DNA from: a virus
Direction: 5' to 3' (one strand)
DNA: 64,000 nt
IMG/VR virus record: IMGVR_UViG_3300042924_003416
Coordinates: 1-64,000 of that record
Part shown: in pieces, positions 1-7,463 of the stretch
Position numbering within the stretch: the first letter of the stretch is position 1
Layout of the letters: each line of letters starts with the position of its first letter
Program-made: the position numbers and the translations under genes
Notes under the pieces: generated by a model
Databases searched by the model: none
Seen by the model: the letters and a program-made list of their open reading frames with translations, nothing else
Told to the model about the DNA's origin: nothing

Positions 1-2
1 TA

Positions 3-272
3 TCTTCTTATTCATTCATTATCTTTGATATCACTGATAATACTAATGACAATATCTACTTATTGAAATTGTCTTGGGATAATCAATTGAAATGGTGGTA
101 TCAAAATGGTACTATGGACTACATGGGACGTACTCAAGGATTCCAGTCTTCTGGTCAGTTCAATGGATACCGAGTAATGATGTCTCAAACTATGCCTGCA
201 ATTTGGGTAAAAGATCCAACTAAGGTATTGAAGATTGTTATGAGAAACCCAGTAACTGGTGGATCATTCTAA
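3..272 (+). CDS. Major capsid protein, C-terminal fragment (gene begins upstream of window)
   Basis: Frame is open from base 3 (SSYSFIIFDITDN...). It ends ...PAIWVKDPTKVLKI..., resembling crAss-like MCP C-termini, and is followed by a strong terminator and the crAss-like structural gene order. Confidence 0.7.
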   Translation, partial: SSYSFIIFDITDNTNDNIYLLKLSWDNQLKWWYQNGTMDYMGRTQGFQSSGQFNGYRVMMSQTMPAIWVKDPTKVLKIVMRNPVTGGSF

Positions 273-289
273 TCCGACTCTATATATAC

Positions 290-320
290 AGGGAGGGGGA
301 AACTCCTCCCTATTTTTTTA
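290..320 (+). terminator. Rho-independent terminator after capsid gene
   Basis: AGGGAGG(GG)-GAAA-(CT)CCTCCCT hairpin followed by ATTTTTTT. Confidence 0.85.
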
Positions 321-347
321 ATTTAATAACCAACAAAAAAAACCAAC

Positions 348-1367
348 ATGGAAACACAATTTACAATGGTCGAAGTAGGAGTAGGCAGCATCAAAAAAAC
401 ATCAATTGCTGTTAGACCTTACTTTGATAAACAAGCCACTAACATGGGATTAGAGGAATATGGAATGAGTCTTTTTGACGGAGTAACTCATAATGAACAA
501 TTAGCATGTCTTGAACTCAACGGAGTTGTAAGATATATTACTGGTTTAAATGAATTTGCTCCAGAAATTAAATTACTTGATCCAGATAGAAGAGAGGCAA
601 GAATTAAAGAGATAAGAAGTTCAGTTGCTGAATTAGAAAAAGAATTAGCAGCAAATGTTATTGATCCAGAAGATAAAGATTTTTGGAATAAAGTAACATT
701 ACTTCAACCTAATAATTCAGAATTTTGGAACAAGATAGAAATGTCATGTGGTAATGAACCCGTATATCTAGATCCAATTAAACCATTTGATAGAATTAAA
801 CTTCATGCTATTGAAGCAGGAGGATTTGCTATGATTGCAAAAAGTTTTGATGATGCAAGATCAAAAGCAGTTCCACCTAAATTCTACCTAGATAAAGAAG
901 AAGAAACTGTAATGGTAAGAACAGAGTACAAAAAACTCCGTAACAAAGCTTACTCAGAATTACAAAAATTATATGACAAAAACAGTACTAAGTTATTCTA
1001 CATTGCTAAAGTTGTTGATGCTAACAGTTCTCAGTATAGAAAATCAACTCCACTGGATGTTATCTATGAAAATATGGATAAATACATTGCAGGTGAAGGA
1101 GCTGAATCTAACAAGGAAAGAGCAGCAAAAGGATTTATTGATGCAGTTAATTTAGACATGGAATCATTAAAAATTAAATCAATTGTTAAAGATTCCAGTT
1201 TTTTTAAGTATATTATTAATAAGCCGGATGGATATATTTACCATAGTAAAACAAATGCTTTACTTGGAAGAAATGTATCAGATGTTATTGAGCACTTAAA
1301 AAATCCTTTAAATGAGGATATACTTAAGGATTTAATAATTTCCTGCGAGAAGTATTGGAACACTTAA
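348..1367 (+). CDS. Conserved crAss-like post-capsid protein (gene-75-like), 339 aa
   Basis: Long ORF with an A-rich leader. Position and size match the conserved gene directly after MCP in crAss-like phages. Function is inferred from synteny only. Confidence 0.55.
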   Translation: METQFTMVEVGVGSIKKTSIAVRPYFDKQATNMGLEEYGMSLFDGVTHNEQLACLELNGVVRYITGLNEFAPEIKLLDPDRREARIKEIRSSVAELEKELAANVIDPEDKDFWNKVTLLQPNNSEFWNKIEMSCGNEPVYLDPIKPFDRIKLHAIEAGGFAMIAKSFDDARSKAVPPKFYLDKEEETVMVRTEYKKLRNKAYSELQKLYDKNSTKLFYIAKVVDANSSQYRKSTPLDVIYENMDKYIAGEGAESNKERAAKGFIDAVNLDMESLKIKSIVKDSSFFKYIINKPDGYIYHSKTNALLGRNVSDVIEHLKNPLNEDILKDLIISCEKYWNT

Positions 1368-1379
1368 ATTTAAAATAAA

Positions 1380-1724
1380 ATGAAAAACCTAGTTAAAGCT
1401 CAAAAAGGTATAATGGTTAAAAAACCAAAAATAAAAATAACTGGACCAAAAGACAACCCATTTAAAAAAGATGCTCCATCAGATACTACTAAAATAAAGA
1501 AGTATCAAAAAGGTGGAACAATGAAAAAAATGAAAACTGGGGGAATGGTTAATTCCAATACTAAAGTTCAAGCAGATAATACTCCTGGTTCTAAAGGAGT
1601 TAAGTCTGGAATTAATCCAAAAGCTGCTGCTTCTAAAGTTGCTAGAGGTAAAGTAGGTGGTACATCTACTGCTCCAAAAGGAGCTTTTCCTAAAGCAAAA
1701 ATGAAAGGTTCTAAAAAGTCTTAA
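1380..1724 (+). CDS. Small Lys-rich protein with KAQKG/YQKGG/MKTGG motifs
   Basis: 114-aa ORF, very basic, tightly packed in the operon. Confidence 0.75.
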   Translation: MKNLVKAQKGIMVKKPKIKITGPKDNPFKKDAPSDTTKIKKYQKGGTMKKMKTGGMVNSNTKVQADNTPGSKGVKSGINPKAAASKVARGKVGGTSTAPKGAFPKAKMKGSKKS

Positions 1725-1726
1725 TA

Positions 1727-1879
1727 ATGACCAAAGAATTAATAAAAAGAAAAGACGGTAGTTATTCCCAGAGAGGACTCTGGGATAACATCCGTGCTAA
1801 TAAAGGTTCTGGAAAGAAACCTACAAGTCAAATGCTTAAACAGGAAAAGAAAATTAAAGCAACTACTAAAAAGAAATAG
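1727..1879 (+). CDS. Small basic protein, 50 aa (MTKELIKRKDGSYSQRGLWDNIRANKGSGKKPT...)
   Basis: Absent from the ORF track because it is under 60 aa. ATG lies 2 nt after the previous stop and its TAG lies 2 nt before the next ATG, filling the gap exactly. Confidence 0.75.
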   Translation: MTKELIKRKDGSYSQRGLWDNIRANKGSGKKPTSQMLKQEKKIKATTKKK

Positions 1880-1881
1880 TT

Positions 1882-2109
1882 ATGCCGATAAAAAAAACAA
1901 CAACAGTTAAAAAAACACCTACTAAGAAATCTTCAGTAGGTATTTCTATTTCTGCACCGGCTAAGGCAGAAATGAGAAAGTGGGAAATTGAATCTGCATT
2001 AAGTACTTTAAAGAGAGCAGATGAGATTAGAAAGGATGCAAAGATGATGAATGATGTTAAGAAATTAGCTCAGGAACAAATGAGTGTTTTAAAAACATTT
2101 AGTAAATAG
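1882..2109 (+). CDS. Small basic hypothetical protein, 75 aa
   Basis: Tightly coupled ORF with a K/T-rich N-terminus and a helical C-terminus (WEIESALSTLKRADEIRKD). Confidence 0.75.
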   Translation: MPIKKTTTVKKTPTKKSSVGISISAPAKAEMRKWEIESALSTLKRADEIRKDAKMMNDVKKLAQEQMSVLKTFSK

Positions 2110-2111
2110 TC

Positions 2112-2624
2112 ATGGCAAGAGTTACTGCTGATGGTGAAAAGCACAGGATTTATAAAAAAACCACCAAAAGAGGTGAGGGTAAACCTGGTAATATAATGGT
2201 CAACCATCCTACCAAAGATAAAGGACAGTGGGATACAATTGACTTAACCAAAAAGTCAGGAGCAAAAACTATTAAACAAGGTATTGCAGCAACTAGGAAG
2301 TGGCATAAAGAAAACCCTTATCCTAAACCTAAAATGGCTAATGGTGGATCTAGTCCAGCTTGGACAAGAAAAGAAGGTAAGAATCCAGAAGGTGGTCTTA
2401 ATGCAAAAGGTGTAGCAAGTTATAGAGCAGCTAATCCTGGTAGTAAACTTAAGACAGCAGTAACTACCAAACCTTCTAAACTTAAACCTGGAAGTGAAGC
2501 TGCAGGAAGACGTAAAAGTTTCTGTGCTAGGATGAGTGGAATGAAAAAAAAATTAACCAGCAGTAAAACGGCTAATGATCCTGATTCAAGGATCAATAAG
2601 TCATTAAGAAAATGGAATTGTTAA
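2112..2624 (+). CDS. Basic two-domain protein with C-terminal DUF6321-like domain
   Basis: AWTRKEGKNPEGGLNAKG...RRKSFCARM...SLRKWNC is a motif set recalled from aquatic phages (DUF6321-like, not verified). It is joined to the N-domain through KMANGG. Confidence 0.7.
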   Translation: MARVTADGEKHRIYKKTTKRGEGKPGNIMVNHPTKDKGQWDTIDLTKKSGAKTIKQGIAATRKWHKENPYPKPKMANGGSSPAWTRKEGKNPEGGLNAKGVASYRAANPGSKLKTAVTTKPSKLKPGSEAAGRRKSFCARMSGMKKKLTSSKTANDPDSRINKSLRKWNC

Positions 2625-2641
2625 TTTAAATTATATTTATT

Positions 2642-3178
2642 ATGAAAAAGTGTATGTCAGGATGTGGAGGTAAAATGCAAAAAGGTGGCAAAGTTTCTCC
2701 TGTTAAGAAAATGCAAAAAGGTGGTGTAACTAAAGGTCGTTGGGAATTTAATAAAGATGGTAGTCTTAAAACATTTGAATCTGAAAGAGAAAAGAATAAA
2801 GGAACGGGTCTTAAAACAAACGATAAATATAAAAAAATACAAGAGGATATTGAAAAAAGAACTGGAAAAAAATCTTCTTTAAAGTATCAAAAGGGTGGTA
2901 TTGCAAAACAAGAAATTGTTGGTATGCCTGGATACAATGCAAGAACTGATACCATGAAAAAGGGTGGTTCAGCTAAAAAGTTTGCAGCACTGGCACCTCC
3001 ATATGACAAAGCAACCTATGCAGATAAAATTGTTGGTGCAAAGAAAAAAGCTAAATTTGGTGCATCTGTTCCAGTACAACATTCTCCATCTCCAGGTAGA
3101 GTTAGATCTTCTTCTGGTGTAGGTACAGTACCTGTAGGGGCACGTAAACAAATGGGTGGTTCAACTAAAAGAAAATAG
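2642..3178 (+). CDS. Lys/Gly-rich protein with repeated (M/Y)QKGG motifs, 178 aa
   Basis: Contains KMQKGG twice, KYQKGG, TMKKGG, KAKFG and KQMGG. Confidence 0.75.
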   Translation: MKKCMSGCGGKMQKGGKVSPVKKMQKGGVTKGRWEFNKDGSLKTFESEREKNKGTGLKTNDKYKKIQEDIEKRTGKKSSLKYQKGGIAKQEIVGMPGYNARTDTMKKGGSAKKFAALAPPYDKATYADKIVGAKKKAKFGASVPVQHSPSPGRVRSSSGVGTVPVGARKQMGGSTKRK

Positions 3179-3180
3179 TC

Positions 3181-3327
3181 ATGGCAGAAAAGAAGGATAA
3201 GAAGTGGATACAAAAAGCAGTTAACCCTAAACATAAAGGTTTCTGTACTCCAATGTCTAAACCTACTTGTACTCCTAAAAGAGCAGCTCTTGCTAGAACA
3301 TTTAAAAAAATGGCTAAAAATAAATAA
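3181..3327 (+). CDS. Small basic protein, 48 aa (MAEKKDKKWIQKAVNPKHKGFCTP...RAALARTFKKM)
   Basis: Absent from the ORF track. It is coupled by TAGTCATG upstream and TAACATG downstream. Confidence 0.75.
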   Translation: MAEKKDKKWIQKAVNPKHKGFCTPMSKPTCTPKRAALARTFKKMAKNK

Positions 3328-3328
3328 C

Positions 3329-3847
3329 ATGAAAAAGACAAATAAAGTTCATCCAATAACTGCATTTAGAAAAGCTAATGAATCTAGACAAGCTAAAGTA
3401 AAAAAGTCTATTAAGAAAGCTCAGGATGGTATTCAAGTACCTTATGCTTATGCACCAGCTGCAAAAACTTCTTATTGGTTTGATAACCCAAACAAAAGAG
3501 CAGCATATGATGCAGGAACTAGAGAATCAGCAGCAAGGATAAGAGATAATAACAATGATGAGAATGCTGAAAGAGAATATAAAAGATTAGCAGATAGTTA
3601 TTCACCAAATGGTCCTAACTTAGATTTACCAAATGAGATGAAAGCTTTAAATCAAAAGTATCCATACTATGAAGGTTTTGAAGAAAAACCTTTTTTAGGA
3701 GGTAAAAACAATAAAGGTTGGGATCAAGTAAGAAAAGATAAACCAATTAAAGATAAAAGCTATAAACAAATGGATCCCAAATCTGAATATATGGGAGAAC
3801 CTGAATGGAAAAAGAAAGGTGGATCTGTAAGAAGAAAAAAGAAGTAA
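3329..3847 (+). CDS. Hypothetical protein, 172 aa, with central region bracketed by KKAQDG and KKKGG
   Basis: ATG 1 nt after the previous stop is preferred over the TTG at 3290. Confidence 0.7.
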   Translation: MKKTNKVHPITAFRKANESRQAKVKKSIKKAQDGIQVPYAYAPAAKTSYWFDNPNKRAAYDAGTRESAARIRDNNNDENAEREYKRLADSYSPNGPNLDLPNEMKALNQKYPYYEGFEEKPFLGGKNNKGWDQVRKDKPIKDKSYKQMDPKSEYMGEPEWKKKGGSVRRKKK

Positions 3848-3850
3848 GAC

Positions 3851-4549
3851 ATGCTTAATAGTACTATTACCATAAAGATGAAACAAAGGCTTAACAAGCT
3901 TGACAGTCAGGATTATGACAACATAACCTGTTGGCAAGTAGTTGAGTCTTTTAATAAAGCTCAGGTAGAGTGGTCAAGAAGACAGCTTCATGGTATTAAT
4001 GTTGTCAAAGAAGGTGATGAACAATCTACTCGTAGAAAAGATGACTTACAAAAATTATTAATAAGAGAACCTTTAACAGCTACAAAAAAAGATATTTATT
4101 ATGAAGGAAACATTCCGGGAGATTATCTTCAATGGAAAAGAGTAGATATCTATGCTAAGAAAGATTGTTGTGATCCAAGAAGAATGACAGTATATCTTGC
4201 AGAAGAAGGAAACCTTAATCAACTTCTAAGAGATAAAGCTAAACAACCTAACTTTGAATGGGCCGAAACTTTTGCAACACTTATTAATGATACAGTACAT
4301 TTGTATACAAATGGAGAGTTTGATATATCTGAAGCATTTCTTACCTATTATAGACAACCTAGAAAAATACAAGTAACAGGATGTTCAGATCCGTATACAG
4401 GAGCAACTTCTTCTACTGAAGTAGAATGTGAGTTTAAGGATGATATCATAGAATTAATAATAGACGAAGCAGTAAGTATTTTAGCTGGAGACATAGAGTC
4501 AGGAAACCAGTTCTCTAGAACACAAGAATCTGCAGAAAGAAGTAACTAA
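3851..4549 (+). CDS. Putative tail ring / head-tail connector protein (crAss gene-74-like)
   Basis: N-terminal NKLDSQ...FNKAQ...GDEQSTRRKDDL pattern and C-terminal YYRQP...CEF...IIDEAV pattern resemble crAss-like ring proteins; synteny agrees. Confidence 0.6.
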   Translation: MLNSTITIKMKQRLNKLDSQDYDNITCWQVVESFNKAQVEWSRRQLHGINVVKEGDEQSTRRKDDLQKLLIREPLTATKKDIYYEGNIPGDYLQWKRVDIYAKKDCCDPRRMTVYLAEEGNLNQLLRDKAKQPNFEWAETFATLINDTVHLYTNGEFDISEAFLTYYRQPRKIQVTGCSDPYTGATSSTEVECEFKDDIIELIIDEAVSILAGDIESGNQFSRTQESAERSN

Positions 4550-4551
4550 TT

Positions 4552-5166
4552 ATGGAAGCAAAACCAAGATCTTTAAAAAGACCAAATAGTAATGTTGTAG
4601 GATTAGAAAACCAACATATGGATATTTCTAAACCTAGTGAAGGAGCTACAACAGAAGTTCCAACAACTAAAACAAAGAATCCTTTACTAGATGATTCATG
4701 TGCTAGTTATCTTAACTATAGAATACAACAGGAGGAATATTCAGCAAGAATATATCTTTCAATGTCTATGTGGTTAAATAATGAAGGTTACATGGGTGCA
4801 GCTGCACTATGGAGAACATATTCTGATGAAGAAATGAAACATGCTGATATAGCACGAAAGTATATGTTATCATTTGGTATTCAACCAGCAACTCCTAGAT
4901 TAGATCAACCTAAACAAACATTTTCAGGTCTTCCTGAAATCATTAAACTTTCATTTGAACATGAGATAGAAGTTTCTAAACAAATTAAAGAAATGGCTAA
5001 TCATGCATTATCTGATGGAGATCATATGCTGTATGAACTATGTCTTGCTTATCTTAAAGAACAAGTTGAAGAACATGATAAGACTCAAACTTGGATGGAT
5101 AAATTAGAAGCATTTGGTACAGATAAGATTGCTCTTAGGTTACTTGATAACGAAATGGCAGGATAA
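4552..5166 (+). CDS. ftnA: Ferritin (non-heme, FtnA-like) with about 44-aa N-terminal extension
   Basis: Ferroxidase-centre motifs are intact: IQQEEYS..IY, DEEMKHA, EHEIEVS, KEQVEEH. Confidence 0.88.
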   Translation: MEAKPRSLKRPNSNVVGLENQHMDISKPSEGATTEVPTTKTKNPLLDDSCASYLNYRIQQEEYSARIYLSMSMWLNNEGYMGAAALWRTYSDEEMKHADIARKYMLSFGIQPATPRLDQPKQTFSGLPEIIKLSFEHEIEVSKQIKEMANHALSDGDHMLYELCLAYLKEQVEEHDKTQTWMDKLEAFGTDKIALRLLDNEMAG

Positions 5167-5174
5167 TTTTTTTA

Positions 5175-5221
5175 AAAAGTTTTGATATTTAAAAAACTTT
5201 TAGTATATTATAGTATATTTA
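5175..5221 (+). promoter_or_regulatory. Putative promoter (TTGATA-16 nt-TATATT; TTTAGTATATTATAGTATA) overlapped by AAAAGTTTT/AAAACTTTT inverted repeat
   Basis: The same GTATATTA core recurs in the intergenic regions before 9869, 13644 and 28849. Confidence 0.55.
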
Positions 5222-5244
5222 TTTATTAACAAAAACAAAAAACA

Positions 5245-6624
5245 ATGAGTTATTTTAATCATGCTTTTAGAAAAGTCCTTTTGGCAACAAATGGAGTTTC
5301 TAATTTAAATGGTGTTCAGTTAGGTACTCCAACTGCACCAGGGGCTACAACTTATAATCAGTTAGCTCCAGCTCAAATTACATTTATTAACCCCGATGAC
5401 TTTGAAGTTTCACCAACACCTAACACAGAACCATGCTGTGGTGTTATTGTTGCTTCAGGTTCAATTTATCCAAATGATAAAATTGGTAAATTTCACGGAG
5501 GATATTTAGAGTCTAACAAGACTAAAACTATCAAACCTCAGTATGTAAGTAAATACTGGTATGTTGAAGCTAATGCTCCTTCTAGATATGTAACTAATGT
5601 TGGATACACTCCTTGGAATGTAGCTAATCCACCATCAAGTTCTAATCCAGGAGAAACAGCAGGTACTTGTTGTAAAGAATTTTTATGTGGTGAAACTTAC
5701 TATTTACGTTTAGATGTTAAAGGTTCTCCAGCATTAAGATTATTAGATCACAATGCTTACTTAACTCTTGAAGCATATACTGGATGTTGTCCAGATTCTC
5801 CAGATGATCCGTTGATTGCACCGGTACCTGTAGATCCTAGAAAAGTATATTTTGCTTGGGCAAATCAAATTTTAAATTCTCCAATCATCAATCCTTTTGT
5901 ATATCCAATTGTAACATTTTATGATGACAATACAGGAGATTGGACTTATTACTATCCAGATACAGTTAATACAGCAACATTACCACCAGCTGGTCCTGGT
6001 GTAACTTATGCTAACTACTCTGATTGGACAGAAGAAGCTTATACAGTAGATATGTGTGCAGGATTTACTTTAACTGGTGCTTATGAAGAGACTAAGTTTG
6101 GTAACTGTACATTCCAAGTTTCTGATTTCTATGAATTAGAGCCAGTAAGAATCTATGCTTCTGAAACAGATTTAACAGGTGCTCCATGTGAGTTCCAAAC
6201 ACTTTGTGTAGGTGTAGAATGTTATGGTTTACAAGCTAATGGAGTTGGGGAAACTGTAGCAAGAGATTTCATCTTGTCAGAATCTTACAGACAAAGTTTC
6301 TTCCATAGTGATTTCAGGATTCGTGAGATTACTCAAGGTGATGCAATTGTAGGATGTAATGGATTTATTAATAGAAATCAACTTTATGATAGAATTTATT
6401 TACTACATAATGTTCCACGTTTCTATAACCCATCTGGTACATTTGACAATGATCAATACTTAGTAGAGATTATTGTTGATCAAGGTGATATCAATAGCCC
6501 AACTGGGGTTTGGAATGCAATTAATGATTGGTTAGATACATGTACTACATGTAGTGCAAAACCAACTGTTACTGGTAGCAATTGTGAAGCTCCAATTGTA
6601 CCTTTCCCTGGTGACGAGGATTAA
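5245..6624 (+). CDS. Putative virion structural protein (auxiliary capsid-like), 459 aa
   Basis: Has its own promoter and terminator, suggesting high expression. Position matches the crAss-like auxiliary capsid gene. Cys/Pro-rich. Confidence 0.5.
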   Translation: MSYFNHAFRKVLLATNGVSNLNGVQLGTPTAPGATTYNQLAPAQITFINPDDFEVSPTPNTEPCCGVIVASGSIYPNDKIGKFHGGYLESNKTKTIKPQYVSKYWYVEANAPSRYVTNVGYTPWNVANPPSSSNPGETAGTCCKEFLCGETYYLRLDVKGSPALRLLDHNAYLTLEAYTGCCPDSPDDPLIAPVPVDPRKVYFAWANQILNSPIINPFVYPIVTFYDDNTGDWTYYYPDTVNTATLPPAGPGVTYANYSDWTEEAYTVDMCAGFTLTGAYEETKFGNCTFQVSDFYELEPVRIYASETDLTGAPCEFQTLCVGVECYGLQANGVGETVARDFILSESYRQSFFHSDFRIREITQGDAIVGCNGFINRNQLYDRIYLLHNVPRFYNPSGTFDNDQYLVEIIVDQGDINSPTGVWNAINDWLDTCTTCSAKPTVTGSNCEAPIVPFPGDED

Positions 6625-6645
6625 TTAAAGTTTTAAAAACTCATA

Positions 6646-6684
6646 AAAGGAGAGTGAGAGTATAACCTCTTCCTCTCCTTTTTT
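6646..6684 (+). terminator. Rho-independent terminator
   Basis: AAAAGGAGAG.GAGAG-loop-CTCT.CCTCTCCTTTTTT. Confidence 0.8.
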
Positions 6685-6696
6685 ATTATAATACAT

Positions 6697-7239
6697 ATGG
6701 CAAATCATGTTTTAAGTTTAGAAATTCCTACTGTATCAAATCCTTGTGTACTTAAGATATTTGATACCAGTGTATATTCACCATTAGTAGGTTTGCATAA
6801 TCCAAGATTGGAAGTAGTTATTCCTGGGTTTACATATACTGCAGAATTAGCATTTACACCTGATTCTACTCCTACACTTACAGCATGTGATTTAGGATTA
6901 CAAACAGAAAACTGTGGTACATCTTATGTTAATTTGCCAGATGGTATTTATGGTATTAAATATATTGTAGATCCAGAGTGTCAAGTATATGTAAGTTATA
7001 ATCATCTTAGAATAACTTGTGCTCTAAATAGATATGAAAAAATACTTTGTACTTTGAGTATCTCAGATTGTGATCCTCCAGCAAAGATTAAGCAGAAGCT
7101 GAGAGATCTTCATTTAATTAAAATGTATTTAGAAGCAGCAAAAGCAAAAGTAGAAACATGTCATGAAAACCAAGAAGGTATGACATTATTTAATTATGCT
7201 GTCAAACTTTTAAATAAATTTGAATGTAGAAATTGTTAA
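6697..7239 (+). CDS. Putative tail-fibre hub protein, 180 aa
   Basis: Beta-rich N-terminal part (LPDGIYGIKY) plus a helical C-terminal part with Cys. Position matches crAss-like hub genes. Confidence 0.45.
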   Translation: MANHVLSLEIPTVSNPCVLKIFDTSVYSPLVGLHNPRLEVVIPGFTYTAELAFTPDSTPTLTACDLGLQTENCGTSYVNLPDGIYGIKYIVDPECQVYVSYNHLRITCALNRYEKILCTLSISDCDPPAKIKQKLRDLHLIKMYLEAAKAKVETCHENQEGMTLFNYAVKLLNKFECRNC

Positions 7240-7258
7240 CTTTTAAAAACCAACAAAA

Positions 7259-7462
7259 ATGAGTACTTGTCCTAATTGTAATAAAAAATTATCCTGTGGA
7301 TGTCAGATGAGAACAGCATCTAATGGTAGAAAAGTATGTACTAATTGCTCCTCTTCCTATGAAAGAAGTTTAAAACCTCAAAAAGTAGAACCAGCAAAAC
7401 AAGTTGATGCTAATGTTTGGGGGAAGGATAGATATAAAAACTTAAGTAAATTTATCAAATAA
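7259..7462 (+). CDS. Small Cys-rich protein (CPNC..SCGC..CTNC), possibly metal-binding or disulfide-bonded
   Basis: 67-aa ORF with six Cys in CxxC/CxC motifs. Confidence 0.7.
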   Translation: MSTCPNCNKKLSCGCQMRTASNGRKVCTNCSSSYERSLKPQKVEPAKQVDANVWGKDRYKNLSKFIK

Positions 7463-7463
7463 A

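Noticed and set aside
3290-3328. TTG start for the 185-aa ORF
   Set aside because: It overlaps the 48-aa gene at 3181-3327. The ATG at 3329 fits the 1-2 nt coupling seen throughout the window.
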